Shown here one piece after another: positions 26,418-36,127 of a stretch of 64,000 nt of DNA. This DNA is from Candidatus Poribacteria bacterium (GTDB lineage: Bacteria > Poribacteria > WGA-4E > WGA-3G), in the NCBI GenBank assembly GCA_009841255.1, contig VXMD01000038.1, positions 6,177 through 70,176 on the forward strand, read 5' to 3'. Within the stretch, counting starts at the first letter, position 1. Each line of letters begins with the position of its first letter. The position numbers were made by a program, and so were the translations under genes. Under the pieces are notes generated by a model. It ran no database searches and was not told the DNA's origin. It worked only from the letters and a program-made list of their open reading frames with translations.

Positions 26418-27254
26418 TTAGGAATATCCACCGACACCTAATAGCATTCTTTCTTCTAGATCCGCATCTTCAAGAAAGGCGTGGGTTAACCCATCTTCGG
26501 GTTGGGCACCGCCGTGTGGCGATTTCCGCAGCCACGTTGGCGTATAACTTAAGATTAACATTCTCCGCTTGGCTTTGAGCGTTGGTAAGCCGCGGTGCCA
26601 CAGATTGCCGTGGATCAAGACACCGCCGCCCGCTTTCACCCGTAACTCGACTTCACCCTCTACCGATTCGTAACTATTCGGTGTTGCCTTGTTTAACCAA
26701 TCATGCGATCCAGGAACGACTGCGACCGCGCCGGTATCTTCGTTCAGATCATCGAGATAGATGAGGCAATCGATGCAGTGTGGACGTGAAAACCACGGCG
26801 GCAATGGGTTAGATACGACACGTAGATGTTGGTGCCACGGCGTTTGGTGCTCCCGATCATCACCCGGGTAAGTGATGCGCGCGCTCAGCCCCCGCAACCG
26901 CACAAGGGGTCCCATCATCGCACGCGCAATTGATAACGTCGGTTGGAATTTTAAGAGTTCCAAGAATGCTTCGTCTTTATCCATCAAGTGCCGTGGAATG
27001 AAGCCCCACCCTCGTTTACCAGCCATCGCACTATCCCGTTTTTCCCACTCACATTCCTCCAAACCATCGAGAGCATCCCGCAATTTTTGGAGTGCCTGTC
27101 CCTGAAAGAGTCCTTCCCGAACGAGGTAACCCGTCTCGGCAAATGTCTGCAACTCTTCAGGGTTCGCGTGCACCTCAATTTCCCAGTGCTGCCCTGTTTC
27201 CGAATTTGGGTTGTGGTCGTTCAGTACTTTGTACTGGAGTGTATGTCGTTCCAT
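26418..27254 (-). CDS. PhyH-family Fe(II)/2OG dioxygenase, paralog 2.
   Basis: HCIDCLIYLDDLNEDTGAVAVVPGSHDW and GGVLIHGNLWHRGLPTLKAKRRMLILSYTP. Confidence 0.7.
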   Translation of the reverse strand: MERHTLQYKVLNDHNPNSETGQHWEIEVHANPEELQTFAETGYLVREGLFQGQALQKLRDALDGLEECEWEKRDSAMAGKRGWGFIPRHLMDKDEAFLELLKFQPTLSIARAMMGPLVRLRGLSARITYPGDDREHQTPWHQHLRVVSNPLPPWFSRPHCIDCLIYLDDLNEDTGAVAVVPGSHDWLNKATPNSYESVEGEVELRVKAGGGVLIHGNLWHRGLPTLKAKRRMLILSYTPTWLRKSPHGGAQPEDGLTHAFLEDADLEERMLLGVGGYS

Positions 27255-27292
27255 ATTTTCCTCTTAAGTGTCAATGTCGGCTTGGGATATAA

Positions 27293-27688
27293 TCAGTTGT
27301 TCTCAAGACTTCTGAATAGTTCCCGATATATAGGTAAGGCAAGCTCCAATTTTAACGCCTGACTGATTCTGAACCATCCGATTATTGAGTGTTCCTCTGG
27401 TTGTAAACACTCTGGTTCACCTTTCCAATCTGTTACAACAAATACGTGGTAGGTGTGATCGTTATTGGAATCAAATAGGGTTGAAATGTGTTCAAACTGA
27501 ATGGGTGTAACACCAATTTCTTCTTGCAGTTCCCTGATGAGTGTCTGTGTTAGCGTTTCAGCACTTTCGCAGTGTCCACCAATCATGTCCCAAACATTCG
27601 GATAGGAAGTTCGGTGTTTAGCCCTTTTGCCCAACAGAATTTTGCCATTCCTGAACAAGATTCCGAGAGCACAAACTTTTAATTCCAC
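27293..27688 (-). CDS. NUDIX hydrolase.
   Basis: Nudix box GGHCESAETLTQTLIRELQEEIGV (G.5E.7REUxEExGU). Confidence 0.8.
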   Translation of the reverse strand: MELKVCALGILFRNGKILLGKRAKHRTSYPNVWDMIGGHCESAETLTQTLIRELQEEIGVTPIQFEHISTLFDSNNDHTYHVFVVTDWKGEPECLQPEEHSIIGWFRISQALKLELALPIYRELFRSLENN

Positions 27689-27750
27689 GGTTTATCCTTA
27701 CATCAGAGAAGAGTCTGAAACATCTACAGATAGAGTAGGTTTAAATTTTG

Positions 27751-28509
27751 TCAAATCGTGGGCATCACATTTCCACCGCACACCGGGATATATGCGCCCG
27801 TAATGTAACTTGCGAGGTCTGATGCGAGAAAAAGTACGACATTGGCGATCTCTTGGACAGTGCCACGGCGTTGCATCGGGACTTTACTCCAGTAATGTTC
27901 ATCGGCCGCACTCGCTTCACTCTTTTCACTGACAGTCCATCCAGGGGCAACTTGGTTGACGGTGACACCGTGTGCCCCCACCTCTTTGGCGAGCACGCGC
28001 AAAACACCGTCCATACCGCGCTTACCCGATGTGTAGGCACTCTGTCTTGCGAAGTTTTGCATTGAACATTCCGTATTAATGCTGACGACCCGCCCCCATC
28101 CGGCTTCTATCATCGCAGGGACAAACGCTTGTGCCATGTATACATTGTGCAGGACGCATGACTGGAACTGGCTCTCGTAGTCTTCAGCGGACTGTTCCAA
28201 AACCGAAGTCCAGTTATACTGAATGACGGCATTATTGACGATGATATCTGCCGAACCGAGCCTGTCTGAGACTGCATCACGCATGGCATTTATCGAATCC
28301 TGATCCGTGACATCCGCCTGTACGACCGCTGCCCGGACACCTTTAACGGTAACTTCGTCTTGTAGTAGGTGTGCTGTTTCTTGGTCCCGGTAGTAGCAGA
28401 TCGCAATATCCGCACCCGCTTCCGCCAAGGTCCGGACCATCACGCGCCCCAATGCCCCTGAACCGCCTGTAATTACCGCGACTTTATTGGAAAGGTCAAT
28501 CGGAATCAT
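27751..28509 (-). CDS. Short-chain dehydrogenase/reductase (SDR).
   Basis: N-terminal Rossmann VAVITGGSGALG. NNA motif NNAVI. Catalytic Y...K (YTSGKRG). Confidence 0.85.
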   Translation of the reverse strand: MIPIDLSNKVAVITGGSGALGRVMVRTLAEAGADIAICYYRDQETAHLLQDEVTVKGVRAAVVQADVTDQDSINAMRDAVSDRLGSADIIVNNAVIQYNWTSVLEQSAEDYESQFQSCVLHNVYMAQAFVPAMIEAGWGRVVSINTECSMQNFARQSAYTSGKRGMDGVLRVLAKEVGAHGVTVNQVAPGWTVSEKSEASAADEHYWSKVPMQRRGTVQEIANVVLFLASDLASYITGAYIPVCGGNVMPTI

Positions 28510-28542
28510 TTCCGCTCCATCTCCTAAAAATAGCGCGCCGTG

Positions 28543-29331
28543 TTATGGCTGTAACAAGTCACCAGGAATACGAGACATCGGATAATTTGCGTCTTCGTCG
28601 CGATTCGCGATGATTTCCGGGATTTCGCGATCCCAATAGCCTGGCACAGTATTCGGACGGCTATGCCATGCGAGAATGAGCGTTCGTCGAACATCGGTAA
28701 AATTCCTATGGGCGGAATGTAAAATGCGCGCATCTGCCATTACCAACGAACCCGCTTTCGCACAGACATCTACCTGATCCGGATGATCGCTAAACATGAT
28801 GGGGTGATCTTCATCAATAAACCGCGCCCCCTGCTCATGTGCTGGCACCAATATATCGTGTAAATCGATGCGCTTGCGGTGTGTTCCCGGAATAACCTTT
28901 AAACAGCCATTTTCCCGATTCGTATCCGTAAGATAATAATTAAGGAAAATCGTTTGGGGCCACGGTGCGCAACTCAACGGATCGTTCCAGCGCATCCAAT
29001 CTTGGTGCCAATAGAGTGGGGGTCCCCCAGATTCCTTCGTGAGAATAATGATCCCGCCGGATGTAACAAAATCTCCGAATCCGATTTGCTCCAACGCATC
29101 ACGTGAGGGTTGCCACTCCAGCAATTTTTGAATATGTGCGTTATCCTCACCGCGGACGTTGACGTGCTGTCCTTGATAGATAACATCTTCGGGTTCCACG
29201 TGCCCTGCGATAAGTCGTTCCGATTCGTCTCGAAGTTCCTGTAGAAATTCCGCTGTCAGAACATCATCAACAACACAGAACCCCTCTTCAATCATCTGTT
29301 CCCGTTTTTCTAAAGCGACTTCAGGTGTCAT
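28543..29331 (-). CDS. PhyH-family Fe(II)/2OG dioxygenase, paralog 3.
   Basis: WHQDW, LKVIPGTHRK and GSLVMADARILHSAHRNFTDVRRTLILAWH. Confidence 0.7.
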   Translation of the reverse strand: MTPEVALEKREQMIEEGFCVVDDVLTAEFLQELRDESERLIAGHVEPEDVIYQGQHVNVRGEDNAHIQKLLEWQPSRDALEQIGFGDFVTSGGIIILTKESGGPPLYWHQDWMRWNDPLSCAPWPQTIFLNYYLTDTNRENGCLKVIPGTHRKRIDLHDILVPAHEQGARFIDEDHPIMFSDHPDQVDVCAKAGSLVMADARILHSAHRNFTDVRRTLILAWHSRPNTVPGYWDREIPEIIANRDEDANYPMSRIPGDLLQP

Positions 29332-29467
29332 TGCACGCTCCTTTAACTATAAATGTGATTCTGAAATTGACGCCAGTAAGGTACAATTTATTCTATACGA
29401 ATTCGTAGGAGAAAACAACAATTTTTTGTTCGTCATATCCGTTTCCGTTTCGCTATAGCAATGAATC

Positions 29468-29496
29468 TTGACCGACTTCACATTTTATGTTATACT
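29468..29496 (+). promoter_or_regulatory. Putative sigma70 promoter TTGACC-N17-TATACT in the divergent region between PhyH paralogs 3 and 4.
   Basis: Hexamers and spacing read from the sequence. ~25 nt upstream of the uORF at 29521. Confidence 0.45.
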
Positions 29497-29520
29497 TTGA
29501 AAAAAATAGGAGACAAGCAG

Positions 29521-29577
29521 ATGATCACTCAGGAAGACCTCCAACAAACCTATCAGAAAGGCAGGCTTAGCACATGA
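29521..29577 (+). CDS. 18-codon upstream ORF (MITQEDLQQTYQKGRLST) with a strong SD. Its TGA overlaps the ATG of the downstream PhyH gene (ATGA), giving putative translational coupling or a leader peptide.
   Basis: AGGAGA at 29509-29514, 6 nt before the ATG at 29521. Stop TGA at 29575-29577 overlaps ATG 29574-29576. Confidence 0.35.
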   Translation: MITQEDLQQTYQKGRLST

Positions 29578-30395
29578 AAACCGCAGGACGTACAATCAAT
29601 ATTCCGAAACTGGAAATCTCCGATCAGGAACGTGCAGAAAATAAACTCACACCAGAAAGCGTCGATGCAGGCGTCCGTCTGTTGCGCGAGGCAGGATTGG
29701 TCGTTATTGAAAGCGTGCTCCCACGCGATTGGATCGCGGAACTTGACGTCGCTATGGAAACCGTGCTGAGCAATGAAGAGAACGGTCATGAAGGTGAACA
29801 CCCAATGTTGAAAATGCCGTTCATGGATCCGCGCATCATTGATAGTCCGTTCGCGATGCCGATTCTGAAAGCGGCGATGGGTGAAAAAGTGTACGCGTAT
29901 CTGCCTTACGGTTGTAACTCAACTCGTCCTGGTAACGAAATTCAATGGATTCATCGAGATTCGGGACAACTCTTCCCTGAACTCCCGTTTGCCCTGCCGG
30001 TTTCAACGATTGTCGTTAACATTCCGCTTGTTGATTTCACAGTGGAAAACGGCGCGACAGAGGTGTGGCCCGGATCACATCTTATTATTGATGACGAGGC
30101 GGTGCGTAACTCCCCATACAACGTCTGTGAACCGGAACGCGCCGCAAATTACCCGTCATTTCAGTTAGAGATGCCTGCGGGTTCAGTCGTCGTGCGTGAT
30201 ATGCGATGCTGGCACCGGGCAATGCCGAATCGGACAAAAAATACTGTCCGGCACATGCTTGCACTCGTCTATTTTCGACGGTTTCACCATGCCCCCGACG
30301 CCCCGGGAATCTTCCGCGCACGGATTCCAAAAGAGATATGGAACACCATGTCTGAGGACGCACAAGAGGTCTATCGGTTCCAGACCCACGATTGA
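29574..30395 (+). CDS. PhyH-family Fe(II)/2OG dioxygenase, paralog 4.
   Basis: IQWIHRDSG, TEVWPGSHLII and GSVVVRDMRCWHRAMPNRTKNTVRHMLALVYF. Confidence 0.7.
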   Translation: MKTAGRTINIPKLEISDQERAENKLTPESVDAGVRLLREAGLVVIESVLPRDWIAELDVAMETVLSNEENGHEGEHPMLKMPFMDPRIIDSPFAMPILKAAMGEKVYAYLPYGCNSTRPGNEIQWIHRDSGQLFPELPFALPVSTIVVNIPLVDFTVENGATEVWPGSHLIIDDEAVRNSPYNVCEPERAANYPSFQLEMPAGSVVVRDMRCWHRAMPNRTKNTVRHMLALVYFRRFHHAPDAPGIFRARIPKEIWNTMSEDAQEVYRFQTHD

Positions 30396-30403
30396 GGAGA
30401 AAT

Positions 30404-31291
30404 ATGAAACGAACATTGTTAATTCATCCCGACATGCCTGAGATTGACAGAGAGCACGGTTTTTCGAATATTAATGGACCGTCACTCGTTCGCGTGCCAG
30501 AATGGGTAAAAAACCCTATGGGAAAATACTACCTCTACTTCGCACATCATCGCGGTGCCTATATCCGATTGGCTTATGCCGATGCAGTTGAAGGTCTCTA
30601 CACCATCTATCGTCCGGGGGCGTTGCATCGGGACAATACAGTGTTTCAGGGACGCGACCACATCGCCTCGCCGGATGTCCACATAGATGAAGAAAATCGT
30701 CGTTTCTTTATGTATTTTCACGGAACCTACGGGGGCGGGCAGGCAAGCTGTTGGGCGACCTCCACTGACGGCGTGAATTATATCGCTTCGGATACACTGG
30801 ATAAACGGAACGGTGCCTATTTTCGAGTCTTTTGGTGGCAGGGACACCCCTACGCGACGTATCACGGGTGGATAAGTCGTGCGGAAACACCGGAATGGAC
30901 ATCAGGGTTCATTCCGCGAGATACGCCGCTCTTTCCTCGTAAATCCGCTGAAGACAACACCGGTTTCCCGCGCCACACAGCGAACCTCCTTGAAGAGGAT
31001 ACCTTGACGGTCTATTATTCACTTTACGGCGATAGTCCTGAGCGGATCCGTAAAAGCACTGTGCAGTTGACAGACGATTGGAACGATTGGCATCCATCTG
31101 AACCGGCAGAAGTCATCGCGCCAAAATACGATTTTGAGGGCGCGGATCTACCGATTAGACCTTCGACGGGTGGGTTAGATCGCGAACGCGTGCATGAACT
31201 TCGCGACCCTGCTATCTATTGTGAGGATGGAAAAACGTGGATGCTTTATTCGGTCGCAGGCGAACAAGGTATTGCAATGATTCGCCTATGA
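30404..31291 (+). CDS. Hypothetical protein, possibly a glycoside-hydrolase-like 5-bladed beta-propeller (GH43/GH32/GH130 superfamily).
   Basis: ATG at 30404 with GAGGAG RBS. Motifs YLYFAHH and LRDPAIYCEDGKTWMLYS are reminiscent of beta-propeller glycosidases. Low certainty. Confidence 0.4.
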   Translation: MKRTLLIHPDMPEIDREHGFSNINGPSLVRVPEWVKNPMGKYYLYFAHHRGAYIRLAYADAVEGLYTIYRPGALHRDNTVFQGRDHIASPDVHIDEENRRFFMYFHGTYGGGQASCWATSTDGVNYIASDTLDKRNGAYFRVFWWQGHPYATYHGWISRAETPEWTSGFIPRDTPLFPRKSAEDNTGFPRHTANLLEEDTLTVYYSLYGDSPERIRKSTVQLTDDWNDWHPSEPAEVIAPKYDFEGADLPIRPSTGGLDRERVHELRDPAIYCEDGKTWMLYSVAGEQGIAMIRL

Positions 31292-31342
31292 TGGGAGTTA
31301 ATCAGGACCTATGTAAAACGTAGTCTTTTCGTCTACAAACCG

Positions 31343-34300
31343 CTACCCTTTGGCCTCTGGAAGCCTGTAAACACCCCGTCGAATTTTTACAATTTTACCG
31401 AGCCCCACAAGGCGCGTGAGTTCCGTATTTATTGCTTTTGGGTGTCCTCGAATCGCCTCCGTGAGTTCCGGTGTTTTTTTCTCGCCATTGGTGAGAAGTT
31501 CGAGAATTTGCTCGCGGAAAGTAACACGTGCCTTCCCACCCCTCATCCTTTGTAACATTCGGTTCGCTTGCCTTGGGGAACATCCGAGAACCCGCTCTAC
31601 TTCCATTCTGCTGGATTCAACTGTCAGATTGTCGCGTTCGATCTCAAATCGTTGACGTATCGCTATCGCCTCCGAGAGTTTGTCTAACCCACCGGCGACA
31701 TCAAAATCTCTCCAGTCAAATAGGAGCGTTTCAGGTCTGTCGGTGATATCAGGGATTCGGAACCCCGTAATCAACATAACCGTCTTGTTTGCCGAACGGT
31801 GCAGTTGAACCAGTTCCATAATTTCTGTGAATATACGGGTGACTACTTTTTCCTGAACGCTCTGGACGCGCGCGTCCTTGTAACGGTAGGACTCAGGTTC
31901 CATTTCATAAGAGAGGGGTTCCTCGTCGTTTCCAAAGTAAGTCTGTGTGAGTTCCAACATGGTGCCTGCGCCTATTTCCGGCATGCCAACAATCCAAATG
32001 ACCTGTGCCTCTTGAAAAGCGGTTTCCAATCCATCCAGCGTTCGGACCTCCGCCAAGAAACAGACATTCTCGTTTTTCTCGATACTCTTCAGCTGATCAA
32101 GGTCATACAAATCGGTTAGAATCCCATGCTTAATATTCGGATCCCTTTCTATTTCCGCTTGAATTCTGGAAAAGATGTGCTGCCCCGTTTCAGACATCCC
32201 AATAACGTCCCAAGTGCTGCTGAAGTCTAAAATTGTCTCCCGTGGATAAATATTGGTCCGAATCTGAAAAACACGGTTTCCGGGACCCCAAGCCATCGGT
32301 TGCATGCGAAGACTCTCGGTTTCCGCACCTAAGAACGCCCGATGTAAATGTTCACCGTAGAGGATCGGCCCATTGACCAAAAGGTGTTTGACGCTCGGAT
32401 GGAGTACCGGGGGCACCCGGAACTGCAGTGCTTCGTCCTCCCATCGCATCGGTGCATCAGCGTCCCGCGTGTAATGTGTAAAGAAACGCTTGAGTTGATG
32501 CCAAAACGTCCAGCTTGGATCCGCACAAACCGTTGGAAACTCCTGAATGCTTTCAACAGCCTCCGCATCCAAAATGCCCAACCTAACAGCCTCCGCGATT
32601 GACATCAGGATTTTCATATCTTCGTTAGGTACAAAAGCGTCGAACGGGAAAAAGGGCAACCCTTGCGCCGCCAGCCTATCGGCAGCCGCCGCATCGACAG
32701 GAATATAAGCAGATATCCCTCCCTCAAACTCAATTGTAAAACGTGCTAATTCCGCGCCGGTCTCGGCGTCAATCACCTCGCGTGCGATCACTCTCCCCTG
32801 TATATTGATGTGGCACATCTGTTGGATGAGATCTTTTTCCAGCCATTCAAACGTCTGGACCACTGTTCGGAGGCGTTTGATAGCGGTACCGTGGGATCCG
32901 TCTCTGATTTCTATCGCATTCAGTAAGGCTATCGCAAAGTTGCCTAAGGTGCTGCCTTGCCAGTTGACAACCCACTCCTTCAATGTGGTTTTGGGGAGTT
33001 TGCATCTAAGAAACGGTGCATTCTCTCTCTTGACATTGATGATACAGAGGGGGTGTGTTCCATCGCGGGCTTCGAGGAGTTGTTCCACTCTTTTGGCATG
33101 CTGTGGATCCAAAAACAGTCGAAAATCCCCTAATATTTGTGCGTAAGTCGTTTGAAATGTAGAGAATTGGGATAGATAGCCACGCTCGCGACAGGCTGTA
33201 TAGACAGGACATTGTGGACAGATAATTTCGCTCGGATTCCCACCTTTTTCCTCAAGTGCTTCGCACCGCTCAGGATCCTCGCAGACGTTTCCATGTTGAA
33301 AGGGAGTTGCCATGCGTACATCGACAGGGATATCTTTCACCTGATCCCATAGATACATCCGATCCCGCCACTCTGCAACCGGTCCCACATTTCGGTCTTC
33401 AAGAAATTGTGCAGTTGCTGTCGTAAGTTCAGTGCTGGGTACTCTTAAACAGATTGACTTACGCAGAAAGGGTGCTACTTCACGGTTTTTCTCTGCATCT
33501 GTCTCGGGAGTACATCCGAGGACGCGCACGTTTCTATCGAAAGCACGCTGCACCTGAACGCTAATTTCTTCCAGCGTTTCATCGACCTCTTCCGTAGGTT
33601 TGGACTTGTGTAGCACCGGACGCGGACGTTTGAGTGATAGTGGGCTGAGGTTCCCTTCCCGAACCGCAAGCACCTTATCGTCTATGGGAAGCCCCGTCTT
33701 GGGAATCGGCGGTAGGATACCCGTATCCTTCCAAACATCTGTGATGAGGGTTGCCGCCATAGGGATATCCGTATCTGATGTAGATGCAGACACCCACACG
33801 CCATCTTCATCCTCCCACAAGGCTACCTCTGTGTTGCCACTTGCATCCCCTTGTCGGTGCCAATAGTGAAAGCCATTCTCTTGCCTGACATAGGAAAACC
33901 CATACGTGAAAAACGCCTCTTTGGCGAGATCAAGTTTACCCGAACCTAGAGAGTAGGGCGCGTCGAGGATGCTCTGCGTGCGTTGTAGACTTTGGGAAAC
34001 GGGTTCGTGAAGTTTGGCGCGAAGGGCATCGATAGGGGCAAAGAGAACCTCTTTAGGAATCACAGGCGGATCTAACAAATTTCCGAGTAGGATCTCATAA
34101 CGGCCATCCCAGCAGTTGTGTCCTTTCTCGCCTACAATTTCAAGATACGCATCGTAGTGGTACGGATTCTCTTCTGATGGGTTCTCTTTATAGGCATACA
34201 CCCGTGTCTGCTCGGTATGCGGGTGCAGGTACCCCGGTATCCTACAAGAAAAGCGCAACCCCCCCGACTTTGACAGCGTCAACAACGGGTTCGCAACGGC

Positions 34301-34732
34301 GTTAACAAGCCCCTGAACGCAAGCAAACACGGCATCGGGTGCGGCACAGATGGCTTCATATTTAAAGTCAATGTCATGCCAAGACGCGCCGTCGCGTGCC
34401 GAGGGAATACCTGTATAGATTTGCATCCCCCATGACTTATGCCATCGGGTGATATCCCAGTCCATCGCCTGTTGACGTTTCAAGAACCGTTCACCCCCAA
34501 AAGAGCGCGGGGGACGGTCGGCTCCAGGAGCCTGTCCTATCGGCATAAAGGAAATGTCTGCCGCTTCCAAATCTTGAAGCATCACCGGGTATCTGTACGC
34601 ACAATGAACTGTGAAGTGGTAAGGAAACCCTTTGTAAGGCAGAGGTGTTACGATCGTCTTCCGTTGCTTAAGGGGCTTCTCATGCCGCTGGTGGCAGCGG
34701 GCAATAATATCTTGCAAGACGTCGGTTGTCAT
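31343..34732 (-). CDS. Large (1129 aa) orphan protein of unknown function with a C-terminal winged-helix/HTH-like domain, a CxxC...C cluster and a possible divergent primase-polymerase-like N-terminal region.
   Basis: Uninterrupted 3.39-kb ORF. C-terminus ...GGKARVTFREQILELLTNGEKKTPELTEAIRGHPKAINTELTRLVGLGKIVKIRRGVYRL. ICPQCPVYTAC. N-terminus contains WHDIDFK (hDhD-like) and TLSKSGGLRF. Followed on its 5' side by a ~900-bp AT-rich gap. Confidence 0.6.
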   Translation of the reverse strand: MTTDVLQDIIARCHQRHEKPLKQRKTIVTPLPYKGFPYHFTVHCAYRYPVMLQDLEAADISFMPIGQAPGADRPPRSFGGERFLKRQQAMDWDITRWHKSWGMQIYTGIPSARDGASWHDIDFKYEAICAAPDAVFACVQGLVNAVANPLLTLSKSGGLRFSCRIPGYLHPHTEQTRVYAYKENPSEENPYHYDAYLEIVGEKGHNCWDGRYEILLGNLLDPPVIPKEVLFAPIDALRAKLHEPVSQSLQRTQSILDAPYSLGSGKLDLAKEAFFTYGFSYVRQENGFHYWHRQGDASGNTEVALWEDEDGVWVSASTSDTDIPMAATLITDVWKDTGILPPIPKTGLPIDDKVLAVREGNLSPLSLKRPRPVLHKSKPTEEVDETLEEISVQVQRAFDRNVRVLGCTPETDAEKNREVAPFLRKSICLRVPSTELTTATAQFLEDRNVGPVAEWRDRMYLWDQVKDIPVDVRMATPFQHGNVCEDPERCEALEEKGGNPSEIICPQCPVYTACRERGYLSQFSTFQTTYAQILGDFRLFLDPQHAKRVEQLLEARDGTHPLCIINVKRENAPFLRCKLPKTTLKEWVVNWQGSTLGNFAIALLNAIEIRDGSHGTAIKRLRTVVQTFEWLEKDLIQQMCHINIQGRVIAREVIDAETGAELARFTIEFEGGISAYIPVDAAAADRLAAQGLPFFPFDAFVPNEDMKILMSIAEAVRLGILDAEAVESIQEFPTVCADPSWTFWHQLKRFFTHYTRDADAPMRWEDEALQFRVPPVLHPSVKHLLVNGPILYGEHLHRAFLGAETESLRMQPMAWGPGNRVFQIRTNIYPRETILDFSSTWDVIGMSETGQHIFSRIQAEIERDPNIKHGILTDLYDLDQLKSIEKNENVCFLAEVRTLDGLETAFQEAQVIWIVGMPEIGAGTMLELTQTYFGNDEEPLSYEMEPESYRYKDARVQSVQEKVVTRIFTEIMELVQLHRSANKTVMLITGFRIPDITDRPETLLFDWRDFDVAGGLDKLSEAIAIRQRFEIERDNLTVESSRMEVERVLGCSPRQANRMLQRMRGGKARVTFREQILELLTNGEKKTPELTEAIRGHPKAINTELTRLVGLGKIVKIRRGVYRLPEAKG

Positions 34733-34953
34733 TGACCTATTTTCCTATTAGGTTTTGAGAAAACGGGGAAATGCAGGAAGAGTAGAAAAACTACCCTATT
34801 CGTTATCTCCCGAACTTCCACCCTTCCAACTTTCTAACCCACTTACGGATCCAAAACTTGAATGCTACTTAAACTTACTATGAAGTACTGGCATTTTCAC
34901 GTAACTTAATAGTATATGTTATCAAAAATCTTATTTTTTGTCAAAGTTTTAAA

Positions 34954-34968
34954 TTGACATAAAGTCAA
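34954..34968. promoter_or_regulatory. Perfect palindrome TTGAC-ATAAA-GTCAA in the AT-rich intergenic region. Operator-like site.
   Basis: Read from the sequence. A half-site-like TTGTCAAAG lies 14 nt upstream. Confidence 0.3.
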
Positions 34969-35863
34969 TAATAACAAGGGTTTAAGGGCAAGTTGTATTA
35001 GGGCGTTATATTTTTAAATTAAATAATTATGCGTCAACACCCCAACCAAACTGCTTGAGATTTCTTCCTGTTTTTTTCCAAACCCATCCGATGAACGTTT
35101 CACATCGGTTCCGAATTTGTGCTGCCTCATCGAATTGTAGGAGGAAAGAAATACACAGAGACCCCTCGCCAACTCCTGAGTGTCCATTTATGATAGATTT
35201 TAGAATGACTTAGACCCTCTAAAGAGGCAAGGTTAGAAGCCTCGCTAGCGGAGAAGGGGCGTTGTTTTTTTATGATGTCTATTTACTTTTACGGTTCACC
35301 ATAAATGACCCTGTTTTTAACTTGACTAATATTTAAGATTGATCTATTATAACTATATAGTGCTTCAACTGCCTCCCGATCAGCCCCAAGACTCCGAATT
35401 TCGGCGTTTTTGTTAATACTTTTTTTATAACATTTCACACCCGGTTTACGCAAATTGCAACCTATCAGGTTTCATGTAACTTGCTGAACGGAGTTCGAGG
35501 AGGCGGTAGAGTCAATCGGGAGCAGTTCCGGGGATAGGTTCACATGCTCGGCGTTGGGGTTGTATTCTGCATGCTGAGTGTTGTTTTCGAGACGGATATT
35601 AGGGTTCTCAACGAGTGAGGTATGATTCTATGAAACTGCGTATGAGAGATGTGCTAATTGAGACCGATCACATCGAGATCGTCGAACGGGTGGCACCCCA
35701 CACGGTTAAGTTGTTTTTCGTATCAGGAAAAGTGTTAGAGGTTCATTGTGGTGTTAAGTCAGATGCGGCTGCGGTTTGGGATCAAGATGCAAATGGGCTC
35801 ATCCAAACCGTCCAGAACACGGATGCGGTTAAGCACTTCGGTAAGGAGTGAACTTACACCATT

Positions 35864-36046
35864 TTATTGACGTTTTTCAATGAGTCTTCCGACAAAAAAA
35901 ACCAAAACGCCGAGTGTTAGGAAACCCATCTCAACACCCATTGCTTTGGATTCACTATAGCCATACGGGTTGAAACAGCCTAAGTAGAGTCCTGCGCCTA
36001 AGCAGGCTATGCCCATCAGTTCCAAAGTTTTACCGATATAATACAC
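35864..36046 (-). CDS. Small (60 aa) two-TM membrane protein, hypothetical.
   Basis: Co-directional with and 80 nt downstream of the CBM9-like gene. Strongly hydrophobic (LMGIACLGAGLYLGCF ... FLTLGVLVFFVG). Confidence 0.3.
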   Translation of the reverse strand: MYYIGKTLELMGIACLGAGLYLGCFNPYGYSESKAMGVEMGFLTLGVLVFFVGRLIEKRQ

Positions 36047-36127
36047 GAATTCTCCACGGCTATTTAGGGGTATTTTATTTAATAACCATAAGGACGAGGT
36101 TTTCAGCCCTCGCCCTATCGTTGCGAA

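Noticed and set aside
35615-35851. 78-aa ORF at the edge of the AT-rich gap
   Set aside because: There is no acceptable SD. GAGGT abuts the first ATG and is 16 nt from the second. It has no recognisable features and could be real, but I cannot support it.
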